A stretch of 64,000 nucleotides of DNA from Selaginella moellendorffii (lineage: Eukaryota > Plantae > Lycopodiophyta). Shown piece by piece: positions 61,324 through 64,000 of this stretch. The notes beneath the pieces were generated by a model. The model saw only the letters and a program-made list of their open reading frames with translations, ran no database searches and was not told where the DNA came from. Position numbers and translations under genes: made by a program. The stretch is from NCBI RefSeq assembly GCF_000143415.4, contig NW_003314274.1, positions 1,688,851-1,752,850 on the forward strand. Reading direction: 5' to 3'. Positions within the stretch are counted from its first letter, which is position 1, and each line of letters opens with the position of its first letter.

Positions 61324-63790
61324 CATCACTCAATATAAGTATGCCATTTTTAATAATAATGTCAATGCATTAACTACACACTTTCACAATCAAATAATTT
61401 ACTTTATGTATTAATAAATTCATCAATAAGCTATAAGAAATTAGTGTTATAACTTTTTTAAAATTATTTTTCCTCACCCTTCCCCCTAATGCAAACTCTC
61501 CAGGAAACAAAGTACTAAAATCAGCTTAACATAAAATAAATCACCACAAAAAAACCAGTTAAAGTTACTACAATGCTACTTCTTTTAACATCACTATCAA
61601 CTACTTTAAAGTTGAAACAACTTTGTAAACACATTACTCACAATCACATAGATATGATATAAAAATTACAATGACATGATCATCAATCGAGCAACACCAT
61701 AAACAAACTCACATTATTACTTCAAAGGTTTATATGAGTATTAAAAATCAACTCTAGTCAATAAAATGCAATATAAATGCCATCAATAGTGATGCCACTA
61801 ATAAAGATTTATGATACTCAATACCACTAACTTCATTCATAACATAGACAAGTTAATGCCACTCTCTTTCCAATCAAACTTAAAACTAATCCAACACTAA
61901 ACTACTTAAAGAGCAATCATAAAATTTCTCAAAAAAAATTATATATTATAACCTAAGCCTTCTAATAAAAAGCCTCCACAAAATGAAGTAACATTTCACT
62001 ATTATCCATCCTAGAACTCACCACTTATAAAACCATCATAACTAATATGTATTGAAATAGAGATTTCAAATGCATGATTTAAATATAAGCAATGAAATCA
62101 CACCTCATTACAAATCATCTTTTAAAGAAAAAAAGATAATTTAAGTGTTTGATCCTTTATCCTTGATGACTCTCTTTTTTATCTCAGGTTAACTAAACCT
62201 CAAGTTTACATTTGCACTACATTCAATCCAATCTAAGAAAAATTTATGAGAGAACACATCAATGATTACTTGAACGAATAAACTAATCCCTACAGTCTTA
62301 ATTGATCCACTTATAATCATGTCTAAAAAGAATCCACAAGTATAACTATGGACTAGCTTATTTGGCACTTATAGCTAATCTAGAGGAGGTTTACTTTTAC
62401 CCATAGTAATATAAAACAACTCATAGTAATCATCAATAGTCTTGTTAACTTAAAGTGTAACCTTAAGCTGCTAATATGCTTTATACAAGCCCAAGCACAA
62501 ACTCGTGCAAATGGTTCATAAAAAATTCATCTTATAAGCCTAAGGAAAAACTCATACAATATTATTTATAAAGGTAACCAAAAATCCATACCCAAAAAGA
62601 CATAGCAACCAAATGTATACCTACTCAAATCATTGTTTTCATCTCTATATTTACAACAAAATTAGTTGCTTAATCTCATTAGATAGTACTCATTTAAATA
62701 TATTCTTTGATACTAAATGTAGCACACATGGGGTTAAGTTCGGAGTTCCNNNNNNNNNNNNNNNNNNNNNNNNNNNNNNNNNNNNNNNNNNNNNNNNNNN
62801 NNNNNNNNNNNNNNNNNNNNNNNNNNNNNNNNNNNNNNNNNNNNNNNNNNNNNNNNNNNNNNNNNNNNNNNNNNNNNNNNNNNNNNNNNNNNNNNNNNNN
62901 NNNNNNNNNNNNNNNNNNNNNNNNNNNNNNNNNNNNNNNNNNNNNNNNNNNNNNNNNNNNNNNNNNNNNNNNNNNNNNNNNNNNNNNNNNNNNNNNNNNN
63001 NNNNNNNNNNNNNNNNNNNNNNNNNNNNNNNNNNNNNNNNNNNNNNNNNNNNNNNNNNNNNNNNNNNNNNNNNNNNNNNNNNNNNNNNNNNNNNNNNNNN
63101 NNNNNNNNNNNNNNNNNNNNNNNNNNNNNNNNNNNNNNNNNNNNNNNNNNNNNNNNNNNNNNNNNNNNNNNNNNNNNNNNNNNNNNNNNNNNNNNNNNNN
63201 NNNNNNNNNCAGGGAACAAAATGACTCCTGGATAGACGACCCAAGGAATAAAGGGACAAAAGTAGGAAGTGATATGGAGACAATCCTAAAATAGGGAACA
63301 TCACAATATTAAGACCACTATGCAAAATAAGCTAAATGGAATTTGATGCTATTTTGGCATACTAATGGCTTAATGCGAGATTATGGATACTCCAACAATT
63401 AGCCAGACATAGAATAAGGACAAACATGCAAACAAAGAACTAGATTATGCCTCAGGTTAATCAGCCATACCTAACCTACCCACTATCTCTATTATACATT
63501 TGGAAACCTTTACAATTTTCTAAGCATTAGTCTTTGAGACAATTACAAAATACTTACTAAGTATGGAATGACACTAGATTACAAGTCTGGACATGAGAAT
63601 AACACCATTGTGTTTAGGATAATCTCTACATCTATAGATAAACCTCATTAGTAGATCTAAACACTTTCCATAAATAACCAATAGAACAGAACATGACCAA
63701 CATATGGGGAAAGCTGTCTTGGAAGACACAATAAGCTATCATTTAGCTAATAATTAGGGATTAAACTCGATATCACGAGGGTCTTGTTAG
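61324..63790 (-). mobile_element. Older, AT-shifted partial copy of element B (internal region, PBS, LTR from 62718), broken by a gap
   Basis: 61324-62717 aligns to ~15510-16914. TGATACTAAA|TGTAGC mirrors TGATACCAAA|TGTAGC, and ~63290-63790 aligns to the LTR interior (CTAGATTATGCCTCAGGTT; ACACTTTCCATAAATA). Confidence 0.85.
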
Positions 63791-64000
63791 AACCCAAGGA
63801 AGAATTACCACACTAACGCAAAGCAAATCACCACCTAGCCACCCCTGAGCCCTTTGCACCATTGCTCACCACCATATCCAGAAGCCCTTGATTAGTTGTG
63901 AACTAATCTGTTGTAAAATAAATTGACTAAACTTAAGTTAGTCATACTTTAAGCAATATTAATCCCAAGATTATAGCAATCCTCCCCCCAACCAAAGTCC

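Noticed and set aside
60062-63325. Long ORFs spanning N-runs (also around 30634-30843 and 36398-36502)
   Set aside because: Artefacts of translating assembly gaps.

Overview
Eukaryotic land-plant nuclear DNA from a draft assembly with four N-gaps. Very short GT-AG introns (~55-70 nt), GC-rich exons, tiny intergenic spacers, plastid and mitochondrial transit peptides and a probable flagellar-assembly (DNAAF5-like) fragment suggest a compact non-seed-plant genome, Selaginella-like (inference). Layout: 1-1.35 kb holds SDH1 (5' end) head-to-head with plastid MSRB1. 1.6-6.1 kb holds a Ser/Thr kinase probably spliced to a repeat-rich tail, then gene fragments (RLK C-terminus, omega-amidase). 6.9-18.6 kb is a short-LTR Ty3/gypsy element (4-bp ATAT TSD, tRNA-Ala-like PBS) with a decayed long-LTR element nested in its gag. 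19.9-49.3 kb is gene-dense: Spg1/Tem1-type GTPase, F-box cluster, OEP16-3/Tim17-family gene, a microbial-type 2OG-Fe(II) oxygenase with rearranged partial copies, NIP aquaporin, RER/DUF3411, SHW1-like, DUF1005, membralin, TCHQD GST, and ERMP1 plus a partial duplicate. 49.8-64 kb is a nested, heavily C>T/G>A-mutated retroelement zone. The best novelty candidates are the large microbial-type 2OG-Fe(II) oxygenase locus and the atypical short-LTR gypsy family. No CRISPR array, rRNA or intact tRNA was found. All family calls come from recalled motifs, not database searches.
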